A stretch of DNA of 64,000 nucleotides from Candidatus Micrarchaeota archaeon. GTDB lineage: Archaea; Micrarchaeota; Micrarchaeia; Micrarchaeales; CABMGC01. The stretch spans positions 3,669 through 67,668 of the forward strand of contig DAHVMJ010000003.1 of NCBI GenBank assembly GCA_027319905.1, read 5' to 3'. The notes below the pieces were generated by a model. It worked only from the letters and a program-made list of their open reading frames with translations. It made no database searches and was not told where the DNA came from. Positions 44,155 through 52,684 of this stretch are shown here, piece after piece. How positions within the stretch are numbered: position 1 is the first letter of the stretch; each line of letters starts with the position of its first letter. The position numbers were made by a program, and so were the translations under genes.

Positions 44155-45504
44155 GTGGTTCTTCATATACTCAACACTGGTTTGATGATGGGTCCCGACG
44201 AGTTTTACAACTTCGAATACAAGATATTCGAGGAACTTGAGAGCAAGCTCGCACTGATCCCTGAGGAGGCGGACAGGAGCAGGCGCATCGAGACCATAGC
44301 AAAGACGCTCTCTCCCGCGGCGTCGCAAGAGGACATAAGGAAGGTGACCGCCGATGCAAAAAGTTTCGGCATACTGGACAAATACCTCAACGACCAGGGC
44401 GTTGAGGATATAATGATAAACAACACGAGCAACCTCTTCGTCTACCATTCAAGCAGCGGTTACGAGAAGGCGCCCGAGCATGTGGAGAGCAAGAAGACTC
44501 TGGACCTGCTGGTTACCAAGCTGAAGATGTACGCGACCACCTCGGTCTCAAACCAGAAGATATTCGACGTGCACCTGCCCAACGGCTCGAGGGCTAACAT
44601 AGTCGACTCGCCGATAGGCGCAGACATAACAGTGAGGAACTTCAAGAGAGGCGCGCTGAGCGTGATAGACCTGATAAACAACGGGGAGCTCAGCTACAAT
44701 CTCGCCGGAAGGCTCTGGCTCTACACCGAAGGGCTCAAGATCAGACCCGCAAACCTGCTCATAGGGGGCATGCCGGCGAGCGGCAAGACGACTCTGCTTA
44801 ACGCGATGTTCAGCTTCTTCAGGCCGGAGCAGAGAGTAGTCGTCATAGAGGAGACCTACGAGCTCAACACAGAGACGCAGGAGAATACGGTTAGGCTGGA
44901 GACCAGCCCCTCGCTGTCTATGGAAGAGCTGGTAAAGAACTCGCTGCGTATGAGGCCCGACCTGATAATCATAGGCGAGGTGCGAGGTGCGGAAGCAAAG
45001 GACATGCTCACAGCGATGAACATAGGCAAAATATCTATGGGCACGATACACGCGAGCACCGCGAGGGATGTCATTACAAGGCTTGAGCACTCGCCGATGG
45101 ACATAGAGATGGACATAATACCTCTCATAGATGCGATAGTGATAGTCTCGCAGGTGAACGAGAACAACAAGCTGGTCAGGAAGATAACCCAGGTAAGCGA
45201 GATATCAGGCATAGAGACCCAGGTGCTGCTGTCAGACCTGTACACATATGATTACAAGACCCACCGCAGCTCTGACGTGCTGCCGAGCGTCACCTACAGG
45301 GACACGCTCGCAAAGCTCACTGGCTACACGCCCACCGAGATAGTGATAGAGGAGCAGCGAAGGGGCAAGATACTCGAGAGACTCAGCAAGCTCGGCATAA
45401 ACGACCTTAGGAGCATAAACTCGTTCGTCAAGGAGTACTACCAGGACCCGAAGAAGGCGCTTGCTAAGATAGACCTGCAGACCCTTGGCACGCTGCCGTG
45501 GTAG
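44155..45504 (+). CDS. Type II/IV secretion-family ATPase (archaeal PilB/FlaI-like)
   Basis: 449 aa. Walker A GGMPASGKTTLLNA, Asp box VVVIEETYEL, Walker B LIIIGEVRGAEA, His box GTIHAS. Confidence 0.9.
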   Translation: MVLHILNTGLMMGPDEFYNFEYKIFEELESKLALIPEEADRSRRIETIAKTLSPAASQEDIRKVTADAKSFGILDKYLNDQGVEDIMINNTSNLFVYHSSSGYEKAPEHVESKKTLDLLVTKLKMYATTSVSNQKIFDVHLPNGSRANIVDSPIGADITVRNFKRGALSVIDLINNGELSYNLAGRLWLYTEGLKIRPANLLIGGMPASGKTTLLNAMFSFFRPEQRVVVIEETYELNTETQENTVRLETSPSLSMEELVKNSLRMRPDLIIIGEVRGAEAKDMLTAMNIGKISMGTIHASTARDVITRLEHSPMDIEMDIIPLIDAIVIVSQVNENNKLVRKITQVSEISGIETQVLLSDLYTYDYKTHRSSDVLPSVTYRDTLAKLTGYTPTEIVIEEQRRGKILERLSKLGINDLRSINSFVKEYYQDPKKALAKIDLQTLGTLPW

Positions 45505-45584
45505 ACATGTCAACTCCGCACGAAGCGTACAGGCAGAACACTGTCGCAGATTCAAGACGAATGCGCATTCGTCGCTCGGTTTCC

Positions 45585-45606
45585 AGAGAGAGAGAGAGAG
45601 AGAGAG
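45585..45606. repeat. (AG)11 dinucleotide microsatellite
   Basis: A perfect agagag... run of 22 nt, lying between the ATPase stop (45502-45504) and the pilin ORF. Confidence 0.97.
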
Positions 45607-45666
45607 GCTAAGCCGATAATTTTTCTAGAAAAAGTCCTGCCAAAAAACCCGAAAGCACAGTCGGCG

Positions 45667-46530
45667 ATGGAATACCTCATGACCTATGGATGGGCCATCT
45701 TGATTATAGCCGTAGTTCTTGGAGCCCTGTTTCAGCTCGGCGTCTTCAACGCAGGCACTTTCGCGCCTCGTGCACCACCTGGCGCGTGCCAGGTCTTCAG
45801 GCCTAACGGCCCTGGCAGCGTTCAGTTCATCAACCTCGAGGGAGTGTGCAACGGCGAGCTGCCGCAGTATGTTGGTGTTTTTAGTGGTTCAAGCTCCTCG
45901 GACATCTCTATTCCAGATTCCGCTTCACTCAAACCTTCTAGTATCAGCGTATTCGCGTGGGTTGAGTACCCCAGTCCATTGCCCACAGCCCTGCTTGGAG
46001 TAGTAAGCAAAGGGGCAGATGAACATCACGGGTTTCAACTTGGATGGGATTTTAGAACCGGTAGCTATTTTTGGGCAGAGATAGGTGACGGAACAGCGTC
46101 ATTCTATACATGCGGGCAGCAGCCATCGCCACTTCCAACTGCAGGCTCAATACACCAGATAGGAATGACCTATGATGGTTCTACCATGTCTGTTTATTTC
46201 GATGGAAAACTAGCGGGCAGTACTTGTTCGCCTAATGTAGCAATAGCGTGGAGTACCGACCCCTTACGCATCGATAGCATAATAGGAGGGTACTTCGGGT
46301 CCTGGCCGTTCATCGCTAATGTGCAGATTTACAACACATCGCTTTCCGCAAACGAAGTTCAAGCTTTGTATCTAGAAGGGATTGGCGGAGCTCCGATCAG
46401 GCTGCAGAACCTTGCGGGCTGGTGGCCGCTCAACGGAAATGCCAACGACTACAGCGGAAATAACAACAACGGTGTGCCAAACGGAGTAACGTACACGAAC
46501 CAGTGGTCAAGCGGATACACGCCTCCTTGA
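45667..46530 (+). CDS. Archaeal type IV pilin-like protein with a LamG-like domain (start codon unresolved)
   Basis: 287 aa from ATG 45667 (MEYLMTYGWAILIIAVVLGALF). The in-frame upstream DNA encodes ...PKNPKAQSA, a leader like those of the other pilins, but has no ATG/GTG/TTG. The C-terminal WPLNGNANDYSGNNNNG is present. Confidence 0.72.
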   Translation: MEYLMTYGWAILIIAVVLGALFQLGVFNAGTFAPRAPPGACQVFRPNGPGSVQFINLEGVCNGELPQYVGVFSGSSSSDISIPDSASLKPSSISVFAWVEYPSPLPTALLGVVSKGADEHHGFQLGWDFRTGSYFWAEIGDGTASFYTCGQQPSPLPTAGSIHQIGMTYDGSTMSVYFDGKLAGSTCSPNVAIAWSTDPLRIDSIIGGYFGSWPFIANVQIYNTSLSANEVQALYLEGIGGAPIRLQNLAGWWPLNGNANDYSGNNNNGVPNGVTYTNQWSSGYTPP

Positions 46531-46539
46531 CCAGCCTCG

Positions 46540-47052
46540 TCATCTAAGAACCTTGCCGAAGATATAGCTGTCCACGTACCTGCCGTCATCGAGCAGCAGT
46601 CCTGCCTTCTTCCTCCCTTCTATCCTGAAACCGCATCTCTTTGCCAGCTTCACGCTGGGGACGTTCTCCGCCGCCGCTTCGGCCTCTACTTTCCTGAATC
46701 CTCGCCTCCTTGCCTCTTTTATCACGGCCCTTACGAGCTTTGTGCCTATCCCTCTTCCGGAATAGCTCTTCCTGACGCTCCACCCCATCTCGCCGCGGTG
46801 CCTTGTCCTGCCCTTCCCTGAATGAAAATCAGCTATGCCCACTATCTTATTTGTAATGCTGTCTTCAGCAACAAACAGAAAACGCCTTTTCTTGTGTTCG
46901 TCGAACTCGTCTTGGTATCTTCCGATATCCTTTTTCGTAACAGAAGTGTTTCTGCCTGTATACTTGTTAAATCCGTTCCTCATTCCCTCATTGCGCATCT
47001 CTGCCATTTTTGGGAAATCGGAGCGAACCACCGGCCTGATGACTATCGCCAT
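46540..47052 (-). CDS. GNAT-family N-acetyltransferase
   Basis: 170 aa. SGRGIGTKLVRAVIKEARRRGFRKVEAEAAAENVPSVKLAKRCGFRIEG. Confidence 0.88.
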   Translation of the reverse strand: MAIVIRPVVRSDFPKMAEMRNEGMRNGFNKYTGRNTSVTKKDIGRYQDEFDEHKKRRFLFVAEDSITNKIVGIADFHSGKGRTRHRGEMGWSVRKSYSGRGIGTKLVRAVIKEARRRGFRKVEAEAAAENVPSVKLAKRCGFRIEGRKKAGLLLDDGRYVDSYIFGKVLR

Positions 47053-47108
47053 GGTTTACCCTGCTCTCAGAATTTATTAATTCTTTTTGTGCGATCAGAG
47101 AATTAGCG

Positions 47109-48206
47109 TTACGGCAGCCAGTCCTGGTTCTTTATCTTCTCCCTCACGTAGTCGTCCACGAAGGTGAGCTTCGGCCCCTGCAGCGCGTCCTGCTCGAGCT
47201 TGACCTTGCTCTTTATCATGCGCTCGAGCTCGTGCACCCACTCCTTGTGCTTCTTTATCCACTCGTACTGCAGCATCTCCTGCGCGCGCTTGAGGTCCAC
47301 GTCGCTCGCCTTTATGGTGAGCTTCTTCAGGAAGTCGTACTTGTCGAGGTCGCTCATCGTCACTCCCAAGAACTTCGCCTCCGGCGTCGCGACGTCGTTG
47401 CCTATGTACGCGAGGTTTATGCTGCCCGTCTTTATCGTCCAGTAGATGTACCATCCCCACGCATCGGAATCGGTGAACACGTATACGGGCAGGCCCTCGT
47501 CAGCGAGCTTGCGTATCAGCCGCCGCGTGCCTCGCGCCGCCTGTCCCTGCGGCGTTATGAGTATGCAGTTCTCCTTCTTCCAGAACTTGTCCTCGTTCAG
47601 CCTCTGCCACCGCGCGTCCTTCTCGCACACGAGCACGTACCTGGCCTTTATGTCTATGAACCTTATGTCGTTGTCTACGTCGCTCGGTATGGCCCAACCG
47701 CTCCTTCCCATCCTGCTCGCGTCTATTATCTGCTTCTCATCTCCGAACGTGTCCTCAACCTTGAGATTGCCTGCGAGCACGCCCTTCCTGTTGGCGTTGA
47801 GGTTCAGCTCCTCCCTCTTCAATCCCAGCGAGACCTCAAGATCCTCGATGAGCGGGTTGCTCTCAGCCTGCTCGCTGAATATGCTTTCGTCGACGTCCTC
47901 GCCAAGGGAGAACTTGAGCTGGTAGAAGAGGCCTCTTATCGTGGTGTGCAGGTCCTCCTCAAGGAACTTGTGGCACTTCGCTGCTATCGCGATGGTCTGC
48001 ATGAACTTCCTGCTCTGCGCCACGTTGATGAACGTCCTCTCCTCCTTGGCCGTGCCGAGTTTTAGGTAGCCTTCCTTCTTGTCGAAGACTATGTTGCTTC
48101 TGGTCCTCGCCGCAGTCACGAATTTGGGGTTCTTGCCCTCCTTGATGTCGCCCACCACCTCCTTTCCAAGCTCTTCTATCTTCTTGAGCGCCTCTTTTTG
48201 CTGCAT
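47109..48206 (-). CDS. top6A: DNA topoisomerase VI subunit A (Spo11 family)
   Basis: 365 aa. The Toprim region has YVLVCEKDARWQRL and VFTDSDAWGWYIY. No top6B gene is adjacent. Confidence 0.92.
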   Translation of the reverse strand: MQQKEALKKIEELGKEVVGDIKEGKNPKFVTAARTRSNIVFDKKEGYLKLGTAKEERTFINVAQSRKFMQTIAIAAKCHKFLEEDLHTTIRGLFYQLKFSLGEDVDESIFSEQAESNPLIEDLEVSLGLKREELNLNANRKGVLAGNLKVEDTFGDEKQIIDASRMGRSGWAIPSDVDNDIRFIDIKARYVLVCEKDARWQRLNEDKFWKKENCILITPQGQAARGTRRLIRKLADEGLPVYVFTDSDAWGWYIYWTIKTGSINLAYIGNDVATPEAKFLGVTMSDLDKYDFLKKLTIKASDVDLKRAQEMLQYEWIKKHKEWVHELERMIKSKVKLEQDALQGPKLTFVDDYVREKIKNQDWLP

Positions 48207-48210
48207 GCGT

Positions 48211-50208
48211 TCACTTCACCGGGTGCACGCTGCCGCCTATCAGCAGCGGCGCGCGTTCCTTGTAGTCTGCGCTGAGGTAGCGTTTCAGCTCCTTTATTAT
48301 CGCATTCCTTCTCCTGCTGGGCTTCAGCGAGTATCCGAGCACGTCCGCTATGTTCCTGGCGTAGAGCAGCTTTATCTTCTTGGCCTCGCTCTTGTCAAGG
48401 TAGACGTCCTCCTTGTTGCTCTCTGGTATTATCACGTACCGCATGCCGGCCCCTATCGCGGCCTTGACCTTCGCAGTTATGCCTCCCACTGGCAGCACCA
48501 TCCCGCGTACTGAGAGCGAGCCGGTCATGGCCGTGTCCTGTCTGACTGGTATGCCTTCGAGCGCGGATATCACGCTCACCGCGACAGAGACGCTGGCGCT
48601 ATCGCCTTCCACGCCCGCGTATGTCTGTATGAACTGAACGTGTATGTCATAGCTTGCGATGTCGCGGTGCATGTGGCGCTTGATCACGGCGCTTATGTTC
48701 TTCACCGCCTCCTGCGCTATCTTGCCGAGCTTGCCCGTGGCTATGAGCTTGCCCTCAGATCTTGAGCTCGCTGGCGTTACCTCAGCAGCTATCGGAGTCA
48801 CGATGCCCGTCGCGGTTACGTCGCTGCCCATTACTGCGAGGCCGTTGACCCTGCCTATGGCGTAGCCGCTTGTGGTGAACACCTGGTAGTCCTTGGTGTA
48901 GTCCAGCGCCTGCTCAGCGTACTGCGCCTCCACAGGCTTGGTGTAGCCGAGCGCCTCAAGAACGTCGTCGCCGCTCACGATCTTCCTTCCGTGCTCGACC
49001 GCTATGTCTCCCGCGGCCCTCACCAATCCCCCGAGGTCTCTGAGTATGAGCGTGAGCCTGTGCTTCCTGCCTGCCCTTCTCCTTGCCTCGTCCATTATCG
49101 TCATGCACGCATCATAGCTGAACGGCGGTATTCGAGTGTCCTTCGCCACCTCCTGCGCTATGAACCTGACTATCTTCTCCCTGTTCTCGTCGTTGTCCAG
49201 CATGGTCGATTCCATGTAGACCTCGTAGCCGTAACCGCGTATCCTTGACCTGAGCGCGGGGTGCATGCGCGATATGTCCTGCAGGTTGCCCGCTGCGACT
49301 AGCAGGAAGTCGCTTGGCACCGGCTCCGTCCTCACTATCGCCCCGGAGCTTAGTTCGCTCTGTCCAGTTATTGAGTACTTCTTTTCCTGCATTGCGGTCA
49401 GCAGTTCTTGCTGCGACTTGGGCTCAAGATCCGCTATCTCATCTATAAACAACACGCCCTTGTTGGCCCTGTGCACAGCCCCGCTCTCTACTCTAAGATG
49501 CGCCGGTGTGCCAAGTCCGCCACTCTGCAACGGGTCGTGCTTCACGTCGCCCAGCAGCGCTCCGGCGCGCGAGCCTGTGGCATCAACGAACGGGGCGTGG
49601 ATCATGCCCGTGTTGTCGACTATCAGCTTCGGTTCGTTGGATTCGAAGAGGCCTGGGAACATGCCCGCTCTCCTGAAACTGCTCACGAAGATGAACGCGG
49701 AGGCGAAGATGAGCACGCCAAGTATCAACGCGGCAACAACTAGTATCTGATAGCCCGAGAGGAAGCTGCTCAGGGCGAACGCAAGCAGAAGAAGCACGAG
49801 CATGGCCGTTATCGGAAGAACGCTGCTTCTGGTTTGCGGCGCGTCAACCCTGCCCCGCAACTTCTCCCTTTGCACTATCTGCCTGCCCTGCCCGTCTCCC
49901 AGCTGTTTTTGCTTCTCGTCAGACTTGGGCTCCGTCTTTGGATAGGTCTTGACTGCCTTCACTAGTGGTCTGTTCTCGTCGTTGGGATTCTTGTAGACCA
50001 GCACATCCTCAAGTTCTGTCACCGGAATCAGCTCGGCCATCGCCTGCGCGAGCATCGTCTTCCCCGTTCCGGGCTGGCCGATTAGCAAAACGTTGCGGTG
50101 CTGTCTGGCCGCTTTCCTGACTATATCCACGGCCTTTTCCTGCCCTATGACCTGGTCAACGAGTTTGGTCGGCAGTTTTATTTCAGCCGTGCTGGAGAAT
50201 TTTTTCAT
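48211..50208 (-). CDS. lonB: Archaeal membrane-bound Lon protease (LonB)
   Basis: 665 aa. Walker [11 protein letters not shown], two TM helices inserted in the AAA+ module, and the protease Ser region [19 protein letters not shown]. Confidence 0.95.
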   Translation of the reverse strand: MKKFSSTAEIKLPTKLVDQVIGQEKAVDIVRKAARQHRNVLLIGQPGTGKTMLAQAMAELIPVTELEDVLVYKNPNDENRPLVKAVKTYPKTEPKSDEKQKQLGDGQGRQIVQREKLRGRVDAPQTRSSVLPITAMLVLLLLAFALSSFLSGYQILVVAALILGVLIFASAFIFVSSFRRAGMFPGLFESNEPKLIVDNTGMIHAPFVDATGSRAGALLGDVKHDPLQSGGLGTPAHLRVESGAVHRANKGVLFIDEIADLEPKSQQELLTAMQEKKYSITGQSELSSGAIVRTEPVPSDFLLVAAGNLQDISRMHPALRSRIRGYGYEVYMESTMLDNDENREKIVRFIAQEVAKDTRIPPFSYDACMTIMDEARRRAGRKHRLTLILRDLGGLVRAAGDIAVEHGRKIVSGDDVLEALGYTKPVEAQYAEQALDYTKDYQVFTTSGYAIGRVNGLAVMGSDVTATGIVTPIAAEVTPASSRSEGKLIATGKLGKIAQEAVKNISAVIKRHMHRDIASYDIHVQFIQTYAGVEGDSASVSVAVSVISALEGIPVRQDTAMTGSLSVRGMVLPVGGITAKVKAAIGAGMRYVIIPESNKEDVYLDKSEAKKIKLLYARNIADVLGYSLKPSRRRNAIIKELKRYLSADYKERAPLLIGGSVHPVK

Positions 50209-50556
50209 AGAATCCGTATGCTGTCTCTACTATATTGTTTGTTAGGGTTAATATTAGTAACTTTTTGTGCAGGAAACTTTTTGTATTCGGAAAAAGAGGA
50301 ATAGCGGAAGGGATTTGAAAATTGAGCATGAGGCGTTTAGAGGGTGGGGAATAACGGGTAATAATACGCTCTAAACGCTTGGTAAAAACTAATTACTCAG
50401 ATATTTATATAGCTTTCTGAGTTCCGAATCCTGCAGAAACCCGATTCTTTGTTTGTCGTCGGTGCTTTATAACTCTGTTTTGGCCATTGCGCGGCATGGC
50501 GAAAAACTTCGCCCAAATTGAAGGCAAGGATTAAAAGATAACTAGCAGCAATAGCT

Positions 50557-51648
50557 GTGAGCACCATGGACGTCGATACGAAGATTTCGGTCATAAGAAG
50601 TTTCGCCGCAGAGATAGTCACTGAAGAGGAGCTTCGCTACGTTTTCGAGACGAAAGAGCACCCGCTCGCGTACGACGGCTTCGAACCTTCGGGATTGGCA
50701 GCGATACACTTCGGTCTTCTCCGCGCCAAGATACTAAAGAAACTGCTGAGCACAGGCATACATTTCAACCTCTACCTTGCCGATTACTTCGCTTACCTGA
50801 ACAACAAGTTGGGTGGCGATATAGACCACATAAGAACCTCTGGCAAATACTTCATCGAGGTCTGGAAAGCGGCGGGAGTCGATGTAAGCAAGGTGCATAT
50901 AATCTGGAACAAGGACCTGATGCACGAGTTTTCATACTGGGAGCGCTTCCTGAAAGTGGGCAAAGCCATCTCGCTTGACAGGGTAAAGCGGGCGATAACC
51001 ATAATGGGCAGAAAGGAGGGCGAGGCCGTTTCTGCAGGCCAGCTCTTCTATCCGGTCATGCAGGTGACAGATATATTTCAGATGGATGTTGACATCTGCC
51101 AGCTAGGCTTGGACCAAAGGAAGGCCAACATACTCGCCAGAGAGGTGGCACAGAAGTACGGATGGAAGGTTCCGGTCATTGTGAGCCACCCGCTTATGCT
51201 CGGACTTGGGGGAATGCCGCCAGAGCTCAAAACGAAGGACGAGGCTGTGCTGATGGAGTATAAGATGTCAAAGTCGGATCCTAAGAGCGGGATAAGCGTT
51301 CACGATTCCGCTGCCGCTATAAGCGAAAAGATAAGCAAGGCCTACTGCCCAGAGCGCGTAGTCGCCGGCAACCCGATGTTCGACTACCTAGAAAAGCTCA
51401 TAGTAGAAGACAAAAAGCAGCCTATATCGATCGATAGGCCTGAAAAGTTCGGTGGAAGGCTTGAGGCTAAGGACTATCAAGAGCTGGTCAAAATGTACGA
51501 GGAGGGCAGACTACATCCTGCTGATGTAAAGGGATTTGTTGCAGCTGAGCTCGAGAAGCAGGTCAGGCCTGTGCGCGAGCATTTCGAAAAGAACAAAGAA
51601 GCAAGGGAACTCTACGAACAGGTAAAAAGTTTCTCAGTAACCAGATAG
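50557..51648 (+). CDS. tyrS: Tyrosyl-tRNA synthetase
   Basis: 363 aa. Collinear with archaeal TyrRS: YDGFEPSGLAAIHFGL, YPVMQVTDI, KMSKSDPKSGISVHD, AYCP...GNP, RPEKFGG. Confidence 0.92.
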   Translation: MSTMDVDTKISVIRSFAAEIVTEEELRYVFETKEHPLAYDGFEPSGLAAIHFGLLRAKILKKLLSTGIHFNLYLADYFAYLNNKLGGDIDHIRTSGKYFIEVWKAAGVDVSKVHIIWNKDLMHEFSYWERFLKVGKAISLDRVKRAITIMGRKEGEAVSAGQLFYPVMQVTDIFQMDVDICQLGLDQRKANILAREVAQKYGWKVPVIVSHPLMLGLGGMPPELKTKDEAVLMEYKMSKSDPKSGISVHDSAAAISEKISKAYCPERVVAGNPMFDYLEKLIVEDKKQPISIDRPEKFGGRLEAKDYQELVKMYEEGRLHPADVKGFVAAELEKQVRPVREHFEKNKEARELYEQVKSFSVTR

Positions 51649-51653
51649 CGCCT

Positions 51654-51989
51654 TCAGCTCAGTCCTATGAGCACCGTGCCTATCGTTATCAGAAATATGC
51701 CGTCCCAGCGAAGCAGAGGCACAGCCTCGCCAAGGAAGAGGTAGGCGATTACGCTCGCAAATATGTAGCTCAGGCCCGTGAACCCGTAGGCCCAGCTGAG
51801 ATGGGTGCGGCTGAGCACGTAAAAGTATGAAACCGTGGCCACTCCGTACGCTGCCATGCCTATCGCCACAAATACCACAAGCTGGGTGAGGTCTCCGGTT
51901 ACCCCCAGTTTGAAGAAGAGCTGCCCCGCAGCTCCGAGCAGCGTGCTGAACAAGAGAAGAAAAACGAACGCCAGCTTGCCCTGTTTCAT
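51654..51989 (-). CDS. Small 4-TM DMT/EamA-like membrane protein
   Basis: 111 aa with four hydrophobic helices. One of a tandem pair with 51993-52361, in the style of half-size SMR/ArnE-ArnF transporter pairs. Confidence 0.65.
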   Translation of the reverse strand: MKQGKLAFVFLLLFSTLLGAAGQLFFKLGVTGDLTQLVVFVAIGMAAYGVATVSYFYVLSRTHLSWAYGFTGLSYIFASVIAYLFLGEAVPLLRWDGIFLITIGTVLIGLS

Positions 51990-51992
51990 TCT

Positions 51993-52361
51993 CTACACCG
52001 GAAAAGTGAGCGATATCACTGCTATGCCCGCTATTATGAACGCCATGCCCGCGACCCTGTGGAGGTTCACGCGCTCGTGGAACACAAACTTTGATATGAG
52101 CAAAACGAATACGAACGTGCTCGCAAACACCGGGTACACGAAAGAAATGAGGGGCGCGTTGTCCAGGGCGAAGAGGTAGATGAAAAGGCTGAGCACGTAT
52201 AGCACGCCCCCGATGAGTATGTCCCTTTTCTTGAATACGTCTATGATCTCGCGCATGTTGAGCGCGAACGCCTGGATGCCGCGCTTGTACATGTACTGCG
52301 CCGCCGCTGCCACCAACGCAGAAACGAGGGTTATGCCTATTATCTCCAGGGCGCCTAGCAT
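51993..52361 (-). CDS. Small 4-TM DMT/EamA-like membrane protein
   Basis: 122 aa with four hydrophobic helices. Its stop lies 3 nt before the next small DMT gene. Confidence 0.65.
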   Translation of the reverse strand: MLGALEIIGITLVSALVAAAAQYMYKRGIQAFALNMREIIDVFKKRDILIGGVLYVLSLFIYLFALDNAPLISFVYPVFASTFVFVLLISKFVFHERVNLHRVAGMAFIIAGIAVISLTFPV

Positions 52362-52417
52362 CGGAATACAACTGGGATGCGCTACTAAGCCTTATAATTT
52401 TTCGCCTTTATAAGAGA

Positions 52418-52675
52418 ATGCGCCGTGAGCCGATGCAACTGAACCTGGACTTTATCGAAAACGAACACGAAAAGCAGGCGTTCATGTTCTCTGTGGGAGT
52501 GATAGGCCTGAGCGTGATAGCGGTTCTCGCTTTCGTATTTTCCGGAGGCAGCATCTTCTTCTACATCTTTGCCATACTTGCGGTCGCGCTGGGCCTCTAC
52601 ATGTCCTATCACCTGTCCAAAACCCCTGAGTCGACCAACCAGAAGCCGGAGAAGAAGCGATCAGGCAGACGGTAG
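52418..52675 (+). CDS. Small two-TM membrane protein
   Basis: 85 aa with two hydrophobic helices and a basic tail. No homolog recognised. Confidence 0.35.
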   Translation: MRREPMQLNLDFIENEHEKQAFMFSVGVIGLSVIAVLAFVFSGGSIFFYIFAILAVALGLYMSYHLSKTPESTNQKPEKKRSGRR

Positions 52676-52684
52676 CTGATCCCG

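Noticed and set aside
51634-52371. 245-aa minus-strand ORF covering both small DMT genes in another frame
   Set aside because: Its Arg/Gly/His/Pro-rich translation is implausible. The alternative frame gives two clean 4-TM proteins separated by 3 nt.
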